Of a DNA stretch of 64,000 nucleotides, positions 10,558 to 19,781 are shown in pieces. This stretch comes from an uncultured Sphingosinicella sp. (lineage in GTDB: Bacteria; Pseudomonadota; Alphaproteobacteria; Sphingomonadales; Sphingomonadaceae). Position 1 is the first letter of the stretch, and every line of letters begins with the position of its first letter. The DNA is taken from positions 14,968 through 78,967 of the forward strand of contig CAYTMM010000005.1 of the NCBI GenBank assembly GCA_964438875.1, in the 5' to 3' direction. The notes beneath the pieces were generated by a model. It saw only the letters and a program-made list of their open reading frames with translations. It ran no database searches and had not been told where the DNA came from. A program made the position numbers and the translations under genes.

Positions 10558-11765
10558 TCGCCATGCCCTGCCAAGCTCCGCCGGGCGGCGGGTTCGTGAG
10601 CGGCGTGCTGGGGTTCGTCGACTGCCAGGCGCAGGCCATCGGCATGGGCGGATATCAGGCGCTGGCCGCGCCCGGCTCGGCGCTCTCGCTGGGCTTGAGC
10701 ATCCTGCTCACCTTGTTCATCGCGCTTTACGGCTACCGGTTGCTGCTCGGTGAGCGGCTGGGCCTGCGCGACAGCGTGCTCGCCATGATCAAGATCGGCA
10801 TCGTGTTCACGCTGGCGCTGAGTTGGCCGGCCTATCGCACGCTCATCTACGACGTGACATTGCGCGCGCCCGCAGAGATCGCCTCGGATATCGGCCGGCC
10901 TGCCGGTCTGCCGGGATCGGGCGGTGGGCTCGTCCAGCGGCTCGACCAGGCCGATCTTTTCTATGTGAGCCTCAACATGATGGGCACCGGCGCCGGACCA
11001 GTATCGCCCACCGCCACCTTGCAGGCCGATGTGGGTCGCCCCCAAAACGCATCCACGTTCGACCCGCTGGCGCTGGGCGGCGCGCGCGTGTTCTTCCTCA
11101 CCAGCGCGCTGGGTGCCTTTGCGGGCATGCGGCTGATCGCCGGGCTGATGCTGGCGCTGGGGCCGTTGTTCATCGCGTTCCTGCTGTTCCAGTCCACCCG
11201 CGGCCTGTTCGAGGGCTGGATCCGGGTGCTGGCCGGCGCCGCCTTGGGCGCACTGGGCACCGCCATCGTGCTGGGCGTGCAGCTGGCGCTGATCGAGCCC
11301 CGGCTGGCCGACCTGGTCGCCTGGCGCGGTGCGGGCTACGCGATCCCCGGCGCGCCGGTCGAGCTGCTGGTGATCAGCCTGACGTTCGCGCTGATCAACC
11401 TCGCCGTGCTCATCGCCGCCTGGCGGCTGACCGGCGCGTTCGCGTTCCCGGCGATCTGGCGCTCGACCCTGTCGCAGGTCGCGAGCACTATCGGCAGCCG
11501 GAGCGAGCGCGAACCGCTGCTGCGCACCAGCCCGGCAAGCGAGGCGGTGGAGCGTTCCCGCGCCGCCGCCATCGCCGACAGTGTTGCCACATTGCAGCGC
11601 CGGGAGAGTGCGGGTGGCCCTGACCTCGGCGCGCCCCAGCGTAGCACGCAGCCCCGTGCCGACAGATCGGACGCGCCATCCGCTCGCACCCAGCCGCTCG
11701 GCCAAAGCGGACGACGCACGCGCGGCCGGACATCGGCGAGCAGCGCGCGAAGGGATAGCCGATGA
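10554..11765 (+). CDS. virB6: VirB6/TrbL family polytopic membrane protein with hydrophilic C-terminal extension
   Basis: Multiple TM segments, LGPLFIAFLLFQSTRGLFEGW motif; ATGA overlap with virB4. Confidence 0.88.
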   Translation: MIAMPCQAPPGGGFVSGVLGFVDCQAQAIGMGGYQALAAPGSALSLGLSILLTLFIALYGYRLLLGERLGLRDSVLAMIKIGIVFTLALSWPAYRTLIYDVTLRAPAEIASDIGRPAGLPGSGGGLVQRLDQADLFYVSLNMMGTGAGPVSPTATLQADVGRPQNASTFDPLALGGARVFFLTSALGAFAGMRLIAGLMLALGPLFIAFLLFQSTRGLFEGWIRVLAGAALGALGTAIVLGVQLALIEPRLADLVAWRGAGYAIPGAPVELLVISLTFALINLAVLIAAWRLTGAFAFPAIWRSTLSQVASTIGSRSEREPLLRTSPASEAVERSRAAAIADSVATLQRRESAGGPDLGAPQRSTQPRADRSDAPSARTQPLGQSGRRTRGRTSASSARRDSR

Positions 11766-12517
11766 ACAAGCAGTCCCGCGAGGCACTCGACGCTTATTAT
11801 CGCGAGGCGGCAAGCTGGGGCCGCGACCGCGAAGATACGCTGAGGGCCTCGCGCCGGATCGCCTGGATCGTCGCCGGCATTGCGCTGCTGGTCGCGGTGT
11901 TGCTGGCGATCGCCCTGGTGGTGCTGATGCCGCTGAAACGGGTCGAGCCCTATACGATCCTGGTCGATCGCCAGACCGGGTTCGTGCAGGCGGTCGATCC
12001 GCTGCATCCCCAGCGGATCAGCGGCGATGCGGCGCTCACCCAGAGCTTCCTCGTCCAATATGTGATCGCGCGCGAAGGGTTCGACATCGCCGCGCTCCAG
12101 AGCAACTATCGCAAGGTCGCACTCTGGTCGGCCGAGAGCGCGCGCAGCTCCTATCTGGCGGGCATCCAGAACAGCAATCCGCAAAGTCCCCTCAACCTCT
12201 ACCCGCGCACCACCACGCTGGACGTGCGGGTGAAGAGCGTCTCGCCAGTCGCGGCCAATGTGGCGATGGTGCGGTTCGAGATCGTGCGCCGCGACATGAG
12301 CGGGCAGGCGCAGCCGGCCCAGCCGTTCGTCTCGATGATCCGCTATCATTATGCCGGCGAGCCGATGAGCGTCGAGGATAGGTTCATCAACCCCTTGGGG
12401 TTCCAGGTGCTGCGCTATCGGCGCGATCAGGAGGCATTGCCGGCGAATGCGGAAGAAGCGCCTGCACAGCCGCAGACCGCACCCCCGCCATCCGATCCCG
12501 CCGGGGTCAGGCAATGA
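11762..12517 (+). CDS. virB8: VirB8 family protein
   Basis: Single TM, PLKRVEPY, YVIAREG and NPLGFQVLRYR motifs. Confidence 0.92.
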   Translation: MNKQSREALDAYYREAASWGRDREDTLRASRRIAWIVAGIALLVAVLLAIALVVLMPLKRVEPYTILVDRQTGFVQAVDPLHPQRISGDAALTQSFLVQYVIAREGFDIAALQSNYRKVALWSAESARSSYLAGIQNSNPQSPLNLYPRTTTLDVRVKSVSPVAANVAMVRFEIVRRDMSGQAQPAQPFVSMIRYHYAGEPMSVEDRFINPLGFQVLRYRRDQEALPANAEEAPAQPQTAPPPSDPAGVRQ

Positions 12518-13209
12518 GGTCGCTCCTCCCCCTCCTGCTGCTCGGCGCCACTGTGCCGGCATTGGCGCAGATCGATCCGCGCCCTGGCGGCAGCGACCCA
12601 CGCATCCAAGTGATCGACTATCAAGACGACCAGGTGTTCCGCGTCCAGGCGGCACCGGGCTATCAGGTGACCCTGCAGCTCGGCCCCGACGAGCGGATCG
12701 AAAATGTCGCGGTCGGCGATGCCGGTGCCTGGCAGGTCGCCGCCAACGCTCGCGGCGATCTCCTGTTCGTCAAACCCTTGCGCGAAGGGGTGACCACCAA
12801 TCTCACCGTCGCCACGGACATCCGGCTTTACACGTTCGAGCTCGCCCCGCTTTACGACGGCGCGCCCAACATGGCCTACCGGATCCGGTTCAACTATCCC
12901 GCCGAGGCCGATGAGCGGCAAGAGCCCGAACAGGTCGCCGCGCTGGGTGATGGCCGCTACCGGCTGAGCGGCGCCCGTGCGCTGCGCCCCGCCGCGATCA
13001 GCGACGATGGCATGCGCACCTATATCGAATGGCCCGAAGACGCCGCATTGCCGGCGGTGTTCACGATCGACGCGCAGGGCCGTGAGGCTCTGGTCAACGG
13101 CAATATGCGTGGGCGGCTCTATGTGATCGATAGTGTGCCAGGCCGCCTGCTGTTCCGGATCGATCGCGGCGTCGCGCGCGCCGTGCGCATCACGCCGAGC
13201 GACTCCTGA
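12514..13209 (+). CDS. virB9: TrbG/VirB9 family protein
   Basis: Signal peptide, DPRIQVIDY, LFVKP, DDGMRTYIEWP and LPAVF motifs. Confidence 0.92.
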   Translation: MRSLLPLLLLGATVPALAQIDPRPGGSDPRIQVIDYQDDQVFRVQAAPGYQVTLQLGPDERIENVAVGDAGAWQVAANARGDLLFVKPLREGVTTNLTVATDIRLYTFELAPLYDGAPNMAYRIRFNYPAEADERQEPEQVAALGDGRYRLSGARALRPAAISDDGMRTYIEWPEDAALPAVFTIDAQGREALVNGNMRGRLYVIDSVPGRLLFRIDRGVARAVRITPSDS

Positions 13210-14324
13210 TGGCAGCGCGCGGCCAAGGCGGCGATCCGCGCCGCACGCTCCCCGAGATCGAGGAAGGCGATGTGCGTCCGGTGGTCGCCATGGGACGCGG
13301 CGGGGTGCCGACCTGGGCGCTGGTCGGGATCGCGGTGCTGATCGGGCTCATGCTGTTCGCTGTGCTGGATGCCCGGCGCCGTGCCGGGCAGGAGCCGGCC
13401 GAACCGGTCCGCGCCGATGCGTTCGCATTGCCGGCCCCGCCTCCACCATTGGTGCTTCCGCCACCGGCGGCGCCCATGATCGCACCGCCGGTAGTGGCGG
13501 AGGCGCCGGTTGCTGTGCCGCCGCCCGCCGCTGCGCCCGTGCCGGCGCCGCAAATGGTCTATGTGCCGCAGCCCGCGCCGATGTCGCAGCAGATGGAGGC
13601 GCCGCCGCCTCCGCCGCGGGTGTTGGCCGAGCCGGCCTTGGTGCTCGATATCAGCGGGACGCGGCGAAGTGCTGGCGCCCCGCCTGCTGAAGATGGCGGG
13701 GTGGTCAATGCCGCCCCGCCATCGACAGGATCATCGGTATCCGGAAGTCGCGCCCGTGCCGGCAGCCTCGCCAACCGCACCACCACCGTGCCGCAGGGCA
13801 CGCTGATCCCCGCCGTGCTGGAAAGCGCCCTGGACTCGACCCGGCCTGGGCTCGCGCGCGCCATCGTCTCGCGCGACGTGCGCGGATTCGACGGGACGCG
13901 CATCTTGATCCCGCGCGGCAGCCGCCTGATCGGTGAATATGCCTCCGAAGTGCAGCCCGGCCAGCGCCGCGCTCTGGTCAACTGGATCCGGCTGATCCGT
14001 CCCGACGGGGTGACGATCGAGATTGGTTCGCCGTCGGCCGATCCGGTCGGCCGCACCGGCATGCGTGCGCGGGTCAACAACCACTTCTTCGAGCGGTTCG
14101 CGGGCGCATTCCTGCAATCCGCCCTCAACCTGGGCGTGAACCTCGCCGCCTCGGAAGCCGGCAATGGCGCGGTGGTGATCCTGCCGGGCACACTCCAGAA
14201 CGGCGCGAGCCAGGCGATCCAGCCCCAGCAGATCACCCCGACGCTCTCGGTGCGGCAGGGCACCAGCATCAGCATCTTCGTCGCCCGCGATCTCGACTTT
14301 ACCGGCGCGGATGCGAGGCGGTGA
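13209..14324 (+). CDS. virB10: TrbI/VirB10 family protein
   Basis: TM plus Pro-rich linker; GTLIPAVLESALDS, LIPRGSRLIGEY, VNNHFFERF and IFVARDLDF motifs. Confidence 0.93.
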   Translation: MAARGQGGDPRRTLPEIEEGDVRPVVAMGRGGVPTWALVGIAVLIGLMLFAVLDARRRAGQEPAEPVRADAFALPAPPPPLVLPPPAAPMIAPPVVAEAPVAVPPPAAAPVPAPQMVYVPQPAPMSQQMEAPPPPPRVLAEPALVLDISGTRRSAGAPPAEDGGVVNAAPPSTGSSVSGSRARAGSLANRTTTVPQGTLIPAVLESALDSTRPGLARAIVSRDVRGFDGTRILIPRGSRLIGEYASEVQPGQRRALVNWIRLIRPDGVTIEIGSPSADPVGRTGMRARVNNHFFERFAGAFLQSALNLGVNLAASEAGNGAVVILPGTLQNGASQAIQPQQITPTLSVRQGTSISIFVARDLDFTGADARR

Positions 14325-15307
14325 GCGCGGCTGCCACGGCTCCGGTTTACCTCAGCGCCTATCTGGCGCCGCTGGGCGACCTGCTCGAACGTCCCGACAT
14401 CACCGACATCTATATCAACGCGCCGCGCGAGGTATGGATCGAGACCATCAAGGGCGAGGTCGAGCGGCTGGAGGTGCCGGCGCTGGATGCGGCGATGCTT
14501 AGCCGGCTGGCGCGCCAGATCGCGGCGATATCGCATCAGGGGATCAGCCGGGAACACCCGCTGCTGTCCGCGACCCTGCCGGACGGCGGGCGCGTGCAGA
14601 TCGTGATCCCGCCCGCCACGCGCGGACATCTGGCGCTGGCGATCCGCAAGCATATCGCGCCGGAGCTGTCACTGGAGGATTATGTGGCGGCGGGTGCGTT
14701 CGACGAGACCCGGCGCGGGGAGCTTGGCACCGACGATGAGGGCAAGCGGCAGATCGCCGCCTTGCTCGCCGCTGGTGACATGGCGGGCGCGATGCGGCTT
14801 GCCGTACGCCAGCGGCGCAACATCCTGGTGTCCGGGGGTACATCGACCGGCAAGACGACGTTCCTCAATGCGCTGCTGCGCGAGGTGCCGGCCGAGGTAC
14901 GGCTGATCCTGATCGAGGACACGCCGGAGCTGAAGGCGCCCCACGCCAATATGGTGGGGCTGCTGGCGGCGCGCTCGGCATTGGGCGAGGCGCAGGTGAG
15001 TGCGGACGATCTGGTGGCGGCAAGCCTGCGCATGCGACCCGACCGGATCATCCTGGGCGAGTTGCGCGGCCCCGAGGCGTTCGCGTTCCTGCGCGCGGTC
15101 AATACCGGCCACCCCGGCTCGATGACCACGGTCCATGCCGATAGCGCAAGCCGAGCGATCGAGCAGATCGTGTTGCTGGTGCTCCAGGCCGGCACCCAGC
15201 TCAGCCGGGACGATGTGCGTCACTATGTGCGCTCGACCATCGATCTCTACGTGCAGCTGACTCGCGAGGGTGGGCGGCGGCGGGTGGCGGAGGTGATCTG
15301 CCCGTGA
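14321..15307 (+). CDS. virB11: VirB11 traffic ATPase
   Basis: Walker A GGTSTGKTT, IEDTPEL, LRMRPDRIILGELRG and NTGHPGSMTTVHA motifs. Confidence 0.95.
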   Translation: MSAAATAPVYLSAYLAPLGDLLERPDITDIYINAPREVWIETIKGEVERLEVPALDAAMLSRLARQIAAISHQGISREHPLLSATLPDGGRVQIVIPPATRGHLALAIRKHIAPELSLEDYVAAGAFDETRRGELGTDDEGKRQIAALLAAGDMAGAMRLAVRQRRNILVSGGTSTGKTTFLNALLREVPAEVRLILIEDTPELKAPHANMVGLLAARSALGEAQVSADDLVAASLRMRPDRIILGELRGPEAFAFLRAVNTGHPGSMTTVHADSASRAIEQIVLLVLQAGTQLSRDDVRHYVRSTIDLYVQLTREGGRRRVAEVICP

Positions 15308-15678
15308 TGGGGGCTGCGCCGATGCTCGCCGATCCGGGCGGGTCCAGCAGCCTGGTCGCAGCTTTGACCTGGGTGCAGGGGACGTTGCTGGGCACGGTCG
15401 CGACATTGGTGGCGGTGATCGCCATTGCGTCGATCGGGCTGCTGATGCTCGCCGGGCGCGTGGATGTGCGGCACGGCGTGCGGATGGTGCTAGGATGCTT
15501 CATCCTGTTCGGGGCGGCCACGATCGCGGCCGGGATACAGGCGGGGTTTACGGTGGGGATAGGATCGTCGCGGCCGGTGATGGCTGAGGCACCCGAGGCA
15601 TCACCGCCACCGGCTCTGCCCGAGATGCCACCCGCCAATTACGATCCCTATGCCGGGGCATCGGTGCCGATACGGTGA
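15304..15678 (+). CDS. virB2: Second TrbC/VirB2 family pilin with Pro-rich C-terminal tail
   Basis: WVQGTLLGTVATLVAVIAIASIGLLMLAGR...LGCFILFGA, a paralogue of 7594-7914; tail PEASPPPALPEMPPANYDPYAGASVPIR. Confidence 0.8.
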   Translation: MMGAAPMLADPGGSSSLVAALTWVQGTLLGTVATLVAVIAIASIGLLMLAGRVDVRHGVRMVLGCFILFGAATIAAGIQAGFTVGIGSSRPVMAEAPEASPPPALPEMPPANYDPYAGASVPIR

Positions 15679-16127
15679 TTTGAAAAGCACGATAACAGGG
15701 CTGCAAGACGGGCGTATAGCGGATTTGCGCCCATAGCGGCCGTCTAGCGCCGGATCTGCCAATCGCGAGAGCTGACGTCCACCGGGCACACGCGATTGAC
15801 CGACATGCGCCCATCCCGGTCGCCACCATCGCCGACTCTGGCGTCCGCTTCGCGGTTCATGCTGGACCTTCAGGCCAGCCGACGGCTTCAACAACGGCAG
15901 ACATTTCAAACTGCAGGACCGTCAATCGAGATGAGTCCGAGCTCCAAGCTATGTTGCTTCTGAACTCGCCTTACCCCGCCGTTAATTAGTAGTACGGAAA
16001 CACCTGATCTCACTCTTGCCCGTCAATTGACACTTTGCATTGTCAAGGTACTTGTGGAAGCATGTTCTATCCGAGCTGGAGTGGGAGACTTCGGGCGTTC
16101 GGCAACGTGGGGACCGGAACATTGACT

Positions 16128-17768
16128 GTGAAGAAGCCTGCGAGCGTCGGCAGTGTGTCGGTGAGGCTCATTCGGGCCGATAAGACGGTCGACACCGCCA
16201 TTCGGTCCGAGAACAAATTTCATGAGGTGCCATCTGAATCCGGCCACCTGTTTGTGGGTCAAAGTCCAAGCAACCCGCCGCCATGGACGAGCTTCGTCAG
16301 GGAGGCGGCCGGCACGACCGCAGACGTCGAGCTGCAAAACAAGAGCTGCGGCGCCATCCTCTTCCTCACGGCCGAGCGAGCAGGACGACCCGACCGCATC
16401 TTTGCGTTCACTTTCGGTACGGGGCATCTGGCGCTAGATCCCGATGCGATTGAGCGCGGATTCGGCCTCAAGGTAACATTGAACAAGGTGGAGCGGTCCA
16501 AGCTGAGGACGCTGGATGTGGCGAGCCTCGATGCCACCGTCATCCAGCGGCGGACCCAGGCGAGTCGAGATATCGACATCGACGAGTTCGGGATGAACAA
16601 GCATCAGGATCTACTGCGTCTCGCGGCTGGCACGCCCGATGACACGGGCCTGGCGCGCACATTGAGCGGACGCGACTCCCTAACCTTGAACCGGCGCTAT
16701 TCTGCGGCTGAGCTTCAGGCGCTTTGCGAGCGGTTGCTGGCCCTCTACGAGGGCAAGGAATATCAGAAGCACTATAAGTTCATCGACAATGTTCGGCCTG
16801 TCCAGGATAGGCTGCTGCTCTCGGAGCTCGACGGCCTCGCATTTGCGGAAATCAACGCGCTCATCAGCGGCCAAACGTCCGACCTGCATCTGTCACTGCC
16901 GGAGATCCTTGATCCATCGCGCAGCCTAGAGGTCAGCTATTTTGGTGCCACGCTCAAGCCAGGCCGCAAGAGCGTCTATCCGGATATCGACATTGCCGAT
17001 TATGTCGAGGTGCTGAGGCTCGGCAAGTTTGCCGACCTCACGCTCGATGCATGGCGCGCCACTCACGAAATCCGTTTCAGCGAAGCCGGCGAGACGGACC
17101 GGGAAAAGCAGCACAGGATCCACAATTGCATCGTCTGGGAGGCGGTCCACAACGGCATCACCTATGTCGCTTTCGGCGGCGAGTGGTTTGCAATTGATAA
17201 GCTCTTCTACGAGGAGATCGAGGAGGATTTCCAACGGCTGATTACAGCCACGCCGGTGGTCGCCTCGACGGCGGCCAAAAATGAGCAGGAGCTGCTAGTA
17301 GAGCTCGACGCGAGGCCTGACCTCCTGCTGATGGACAAAACTAAGACCAATCCGAAGGGCGCGCCGCGGGCCAATATCGAATTTTGCGACTTTCTCGGCT
17401 TTGACCGTAAACTCATCCATCTCAAGGATGGCCATGCCTCCACTTCGATCAGTCACCTCTGGAGTCAGGGCGTGGTCGGTAGCGAGAGCTTCCTCCGCGA
17501 CGAAGGATTCAGGCGGCATCTACTCAAGCATGTCCGCTCCCGCCAGAGGGACGCCAAGAAGTCGGGCTTCGATAGACTGCTGCCGACGCCGGCCAAGCGT
17601 CCAACGACGCGGGATTTCACCGTCGCCTATGGCATCATGCGGACGCCACTGAAGCGGTCCGGCAAGCTCGACATTCCCTTCTTCAGCAAGGTTAGCCTGC
17701 GGGCGGCCGCGCAGCGACTCGAGGATCTGGGGTTCAACGTTGAAATCCAATTGATCAAGATGACGTGA
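16128..17768 (+). CDS. TIGR04141/DUF6119-like sporadically distributed protein with C-terminal PD-(D/E)xK-like region
   Basis: FAFTFGTGH...IERGFGLKVTLN N-terminal motif; IEFCDF...LIHLK...SISHLWSQG...PFFSKVSL C-terminal motif. Start uncertain (16035-16128). Confidence 0.75.
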   Translation: MKKPASVGSVSVRLIRADKTVDTAIRSENKFHEVPSESGHLFVGQSPSNPPPWTSFVREAAGTTADVELQNKSCGAILFLTAERAGRPDRIFAFTFGTGHLALDPDAIERGFGLKVTLNKVERSKLRTLDVASLDATVIQRRTQASRDIDIDEFGMNKHQDLLRLAAGTPDDTGLARTLSGRDSLTLNRRYSAAELQALCERLLALYEGKEYQKHYKFIDNVRPVQDRLLLSELDGLAFAEINALISGQTSDLHLSLPEILDPSRSLEVSYFGATLKPGRKSVYPDIDIADYVEVLRLGKFADLTLDAWRATHEIRFSEAGETDREKQHRIHNCIVWEAVHNGITYVAFGGEWFAIDKLFYEEIEEDFQRLITATPVVASTAAKNEQELLVELDARPDLLLMDKTKTNPKGAPRANIEFCDFLGFDRKLIHLKDGHASTSISHLWSQGVVGSESFLRDEGFRRHLLKHVRSRQRDAKKSGFDRLLPTPAKRPTTRDFTVAYGIMRTPLKRSGKLDIPFFSKVSLRAAAQRLEDLGFNVEIQLIKMT

Positions 17769-17899
17769 GGAAAGGGGGCGCGCACTATCCGGCCGGCCGA
17801 AATCGCTAGTGTGCCAAGGCCCGCGTCGCGCCCGTCCCCGCCATCTGCTTCGTGCGATGCGAACGCCGGCAATTGGCCGATCGCGGCCAGTCGGCTCTC

Positions 17900-17914
17900 G
17901 AACAGACATAGAAC
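17900..17914 (+). promoter_or_regulatory. Alphaproteobacterial LexA (SOS) box
   Basis: GAAC-AGACATA-GAAC, a perfect GAAC-N7-GAAC, about 135 bp upstream of the 18049 gene. Confidence 0.7.
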
Positions 17915-18048
17915 AGGCATCTCACATCCCGGTCCATTTTCGCCGCCGATGATAACAAATCGTAACGATCCTATAGGTCTGGCCTTGGGTCATCGCTCTG
18001 CTCTACCTTTTCGGAAGCGGCAGCCGTTTCAACAGGGGGTGTGCAGCG

Positions 18049-18828
18049 ATGGACTCGCTCGGTGAATTGATTCCCGACAAATATGAACTGAACGCCCGGT
18101 TGCGGCCGGCGCTGCTCCTGCTGCTGCCGGCGATCGCGGTCGCAGCCGTCTGGATACCCGAACTTCGAACAATGGGCGGGGCGATCCTGACGCTCGCTGT
18201 CACCTGTGGCGTGACCTATTTTCTTTCCCAGGTCGCGCGCCGGCGTGGGCGCGCACTGGAAGACAGCTGGGGCGACGCGATCGGTCGGCGCCACTCCGCG
18301 CGCCTGCTTCGGCATGACGACGACACGATCCGCGCCAGCGTCAAGCAAAGGGTCGTTGACCTCGTCAGTGAGTTTGGTCCGGGCTTTCCCTCCCCGGCAG
18401 ACGAGGCCGCCGATTCCAATGCCGCGGAGGACCGGAGGATCGACGCGGTCGAATGGCTGCTCGAGGTGACGCGCGCTGACGCGCAGGCGTCGTTGCTGCT
18501 CGGCGAGAACATCGCCTACGGTTTTTCGCGCAATCTTCGCGGGCTGAAGCCGATCGGCTTGCCGGTGGCGATCATCGCGCTCGGCATTGATGCCTGGTTG
18601 CTATTCCAGACGGGCGCGGCTGGCGACAACCGCGCCGGCATTGCCGCCGGCTTTTTTTGCCTGATCTTCATTCTGGTCTGGCTGTTTCAGGTCACCCGCC
18701 GCCAGGTCGAGCAATATTCGCTCATCTATGCGCAGCGTCTCTTTGCCCAGGCCGACAATCCGGCGTTGCGCGCGCGTCTTGCCGAGGGGCGCGTTCCGCT
18801 GCCGAGCAAGAAACAGAAGGGCAAGTAG
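18049..18828 (+). CDS. Membrane protein of unknown family, about 4 hydrophobic segments (two N-terminal, two C-terminal)
   Basis: YELNARLRPALLLLLP, LLRHDD and LLGENIAYGFSRN motifs around a soluble middle domain. Confidence 0.75.
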   Translation: MDSLGELIPDKYELNARLRPALLLLLPAIAVAAVWIPELRTMGGAILTLAVTCGVTYFLSQVARRRGRALEDSWGDAIGRRHSARLLRHDDDTIRASVKQRVVDLVSEFGPGFPSPADEAADSNAAEDRRIDAVEWLLEVTRADAQASLLLGENIAYGFSRNLRGLKPIGLPVAIIALGIDAWLLFQTGAAGDNRAGIAAGFFCLIFILVWLFQVTRRQVEQYSLIYAQRLFAQADNPALRARLAEGRVPLPSKKQKGK

Positions 18829-18871
18829 GCGACTTCGCCGACCCCGTGCGGAATGCCCTGGCCGGGCGAGT

Positions 18872-19687
18872 TCACCAGGTTCGGTCGGTCATTACCTTCC
18901 AGCCGTACGGATCGCGGCTGAACTCGATCATCCCGTCACGCCGGGTGGTCAGCACGCGCCGGGTGCGGCCATCAATGCTGATGCCCCGCGCATGGGTGCC
19001 GTAGGTCCGCACCGTCTCCTGGGTGGCGTACTGGATGCCGGCGTCAGAGATCACGATGAGTTGCGGCGACAGGCCGGTCAGCCGGAACAGGGGCTCGAAA
19101 TAGCCGCTCTCGCGGCCATGGTGGGAGGCCATGAACACCTGCACCCGTCCGATCGCGGCGCGAAAGGCGCGGTCCTGGAGGAGTCGAAGCCATCCCGCCT
19201 TTTCGATGTCGCCGGGAAAGCAAATCGAGAAGTCATTCCATTCGAGGATGACGACCAGACTGAGGTTGTTCTCATCCCGGAAGTGGCGCGGAAAGTCGTT
19301 CCAGAAGCAATGGATGCTGAGGCCGTCGAACCAGGGCGCCGCTGCGCTGCCGCCGAGGCCTTGAAGCAAGCGGCTGAGCGCGAATATCCCCGGGCCGCAA
19401 TTATCCTGCCCCTTAAGGTTCAGCAGAGCGGCACCCGAGATCGTCGGGTTTGTGTAGACCCGCGCGACACTGGCGGCGGCGAGGACATTGGCAAGGTCGC
19501 TCGCATGATCTTCGTCCTCATTGGTGACGACGAGCGCGTCGAGATGTCCGATCCCGCGGTAACGCAGCATTTGCGAGGGACGCCAGCCTGTACTGCTGTT
19601 GTGGCCACAGTCGATCAGCATATGCTCGTTCGCATGTTCGACGAGGGCGCATTGCCCATGCTCGACATCGAAGATCTTGATCCTCAT
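18872..19687 (-). CDS. ComEC/Rec2-like metallo-beta-lactamase-fold hydrolase, variant motif
   Basis: FDVEHGQCA, LIDCG, TNEDEDH (in place of HxHxDH), FPGDIE and ASHHG motifs. Confidence 0.85.
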   Translation of the reverse strand: MRIKIFDVEHGQCALVEHANEHMLIDCGHNSSTGWRPSQMLRYRGIGHLDALVVTNEDEDHASDLANVLAAASVARVYTNPTISGAALLNLKGQDNCGPGIFALSRLLQGLGGSAAAPWFDGLSIHCFWNDFPRHFRDENNLSLVVILEWNDFSICFPGDIEKAGWLRLLQDRAFRAAIGRVQVFMASHHGRESGYFEPLFRLTGLSPQLIVISDAGIQYATQETVRTYGTHARGISIDGRTRRVLTTRRDGMIEFSRDPYGWKVMTDRTW

Positions 19688-19781
19688 GGTGCAGTTAATC
19701 TGGGGTCTGGCCCCGACGCTGAAAAGTGCGTCGCGGATGTTCAGTCTTGATCTCCCGGACGATGGCCGCGGATATCGCGCG

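Noticed and set aside
7594-15678. Conjugative transfer system
   Set aside because: No relaxase, coupling protein, oriT-like region, virB1 or virB5 in the window; these could exist elsewhere in the genome.
15700-15910. Degenerate AGCGG/CCGCT half-sites after the virB operon
   Set aside because: Do not fit the 24-bp junction consensus well enough to call.
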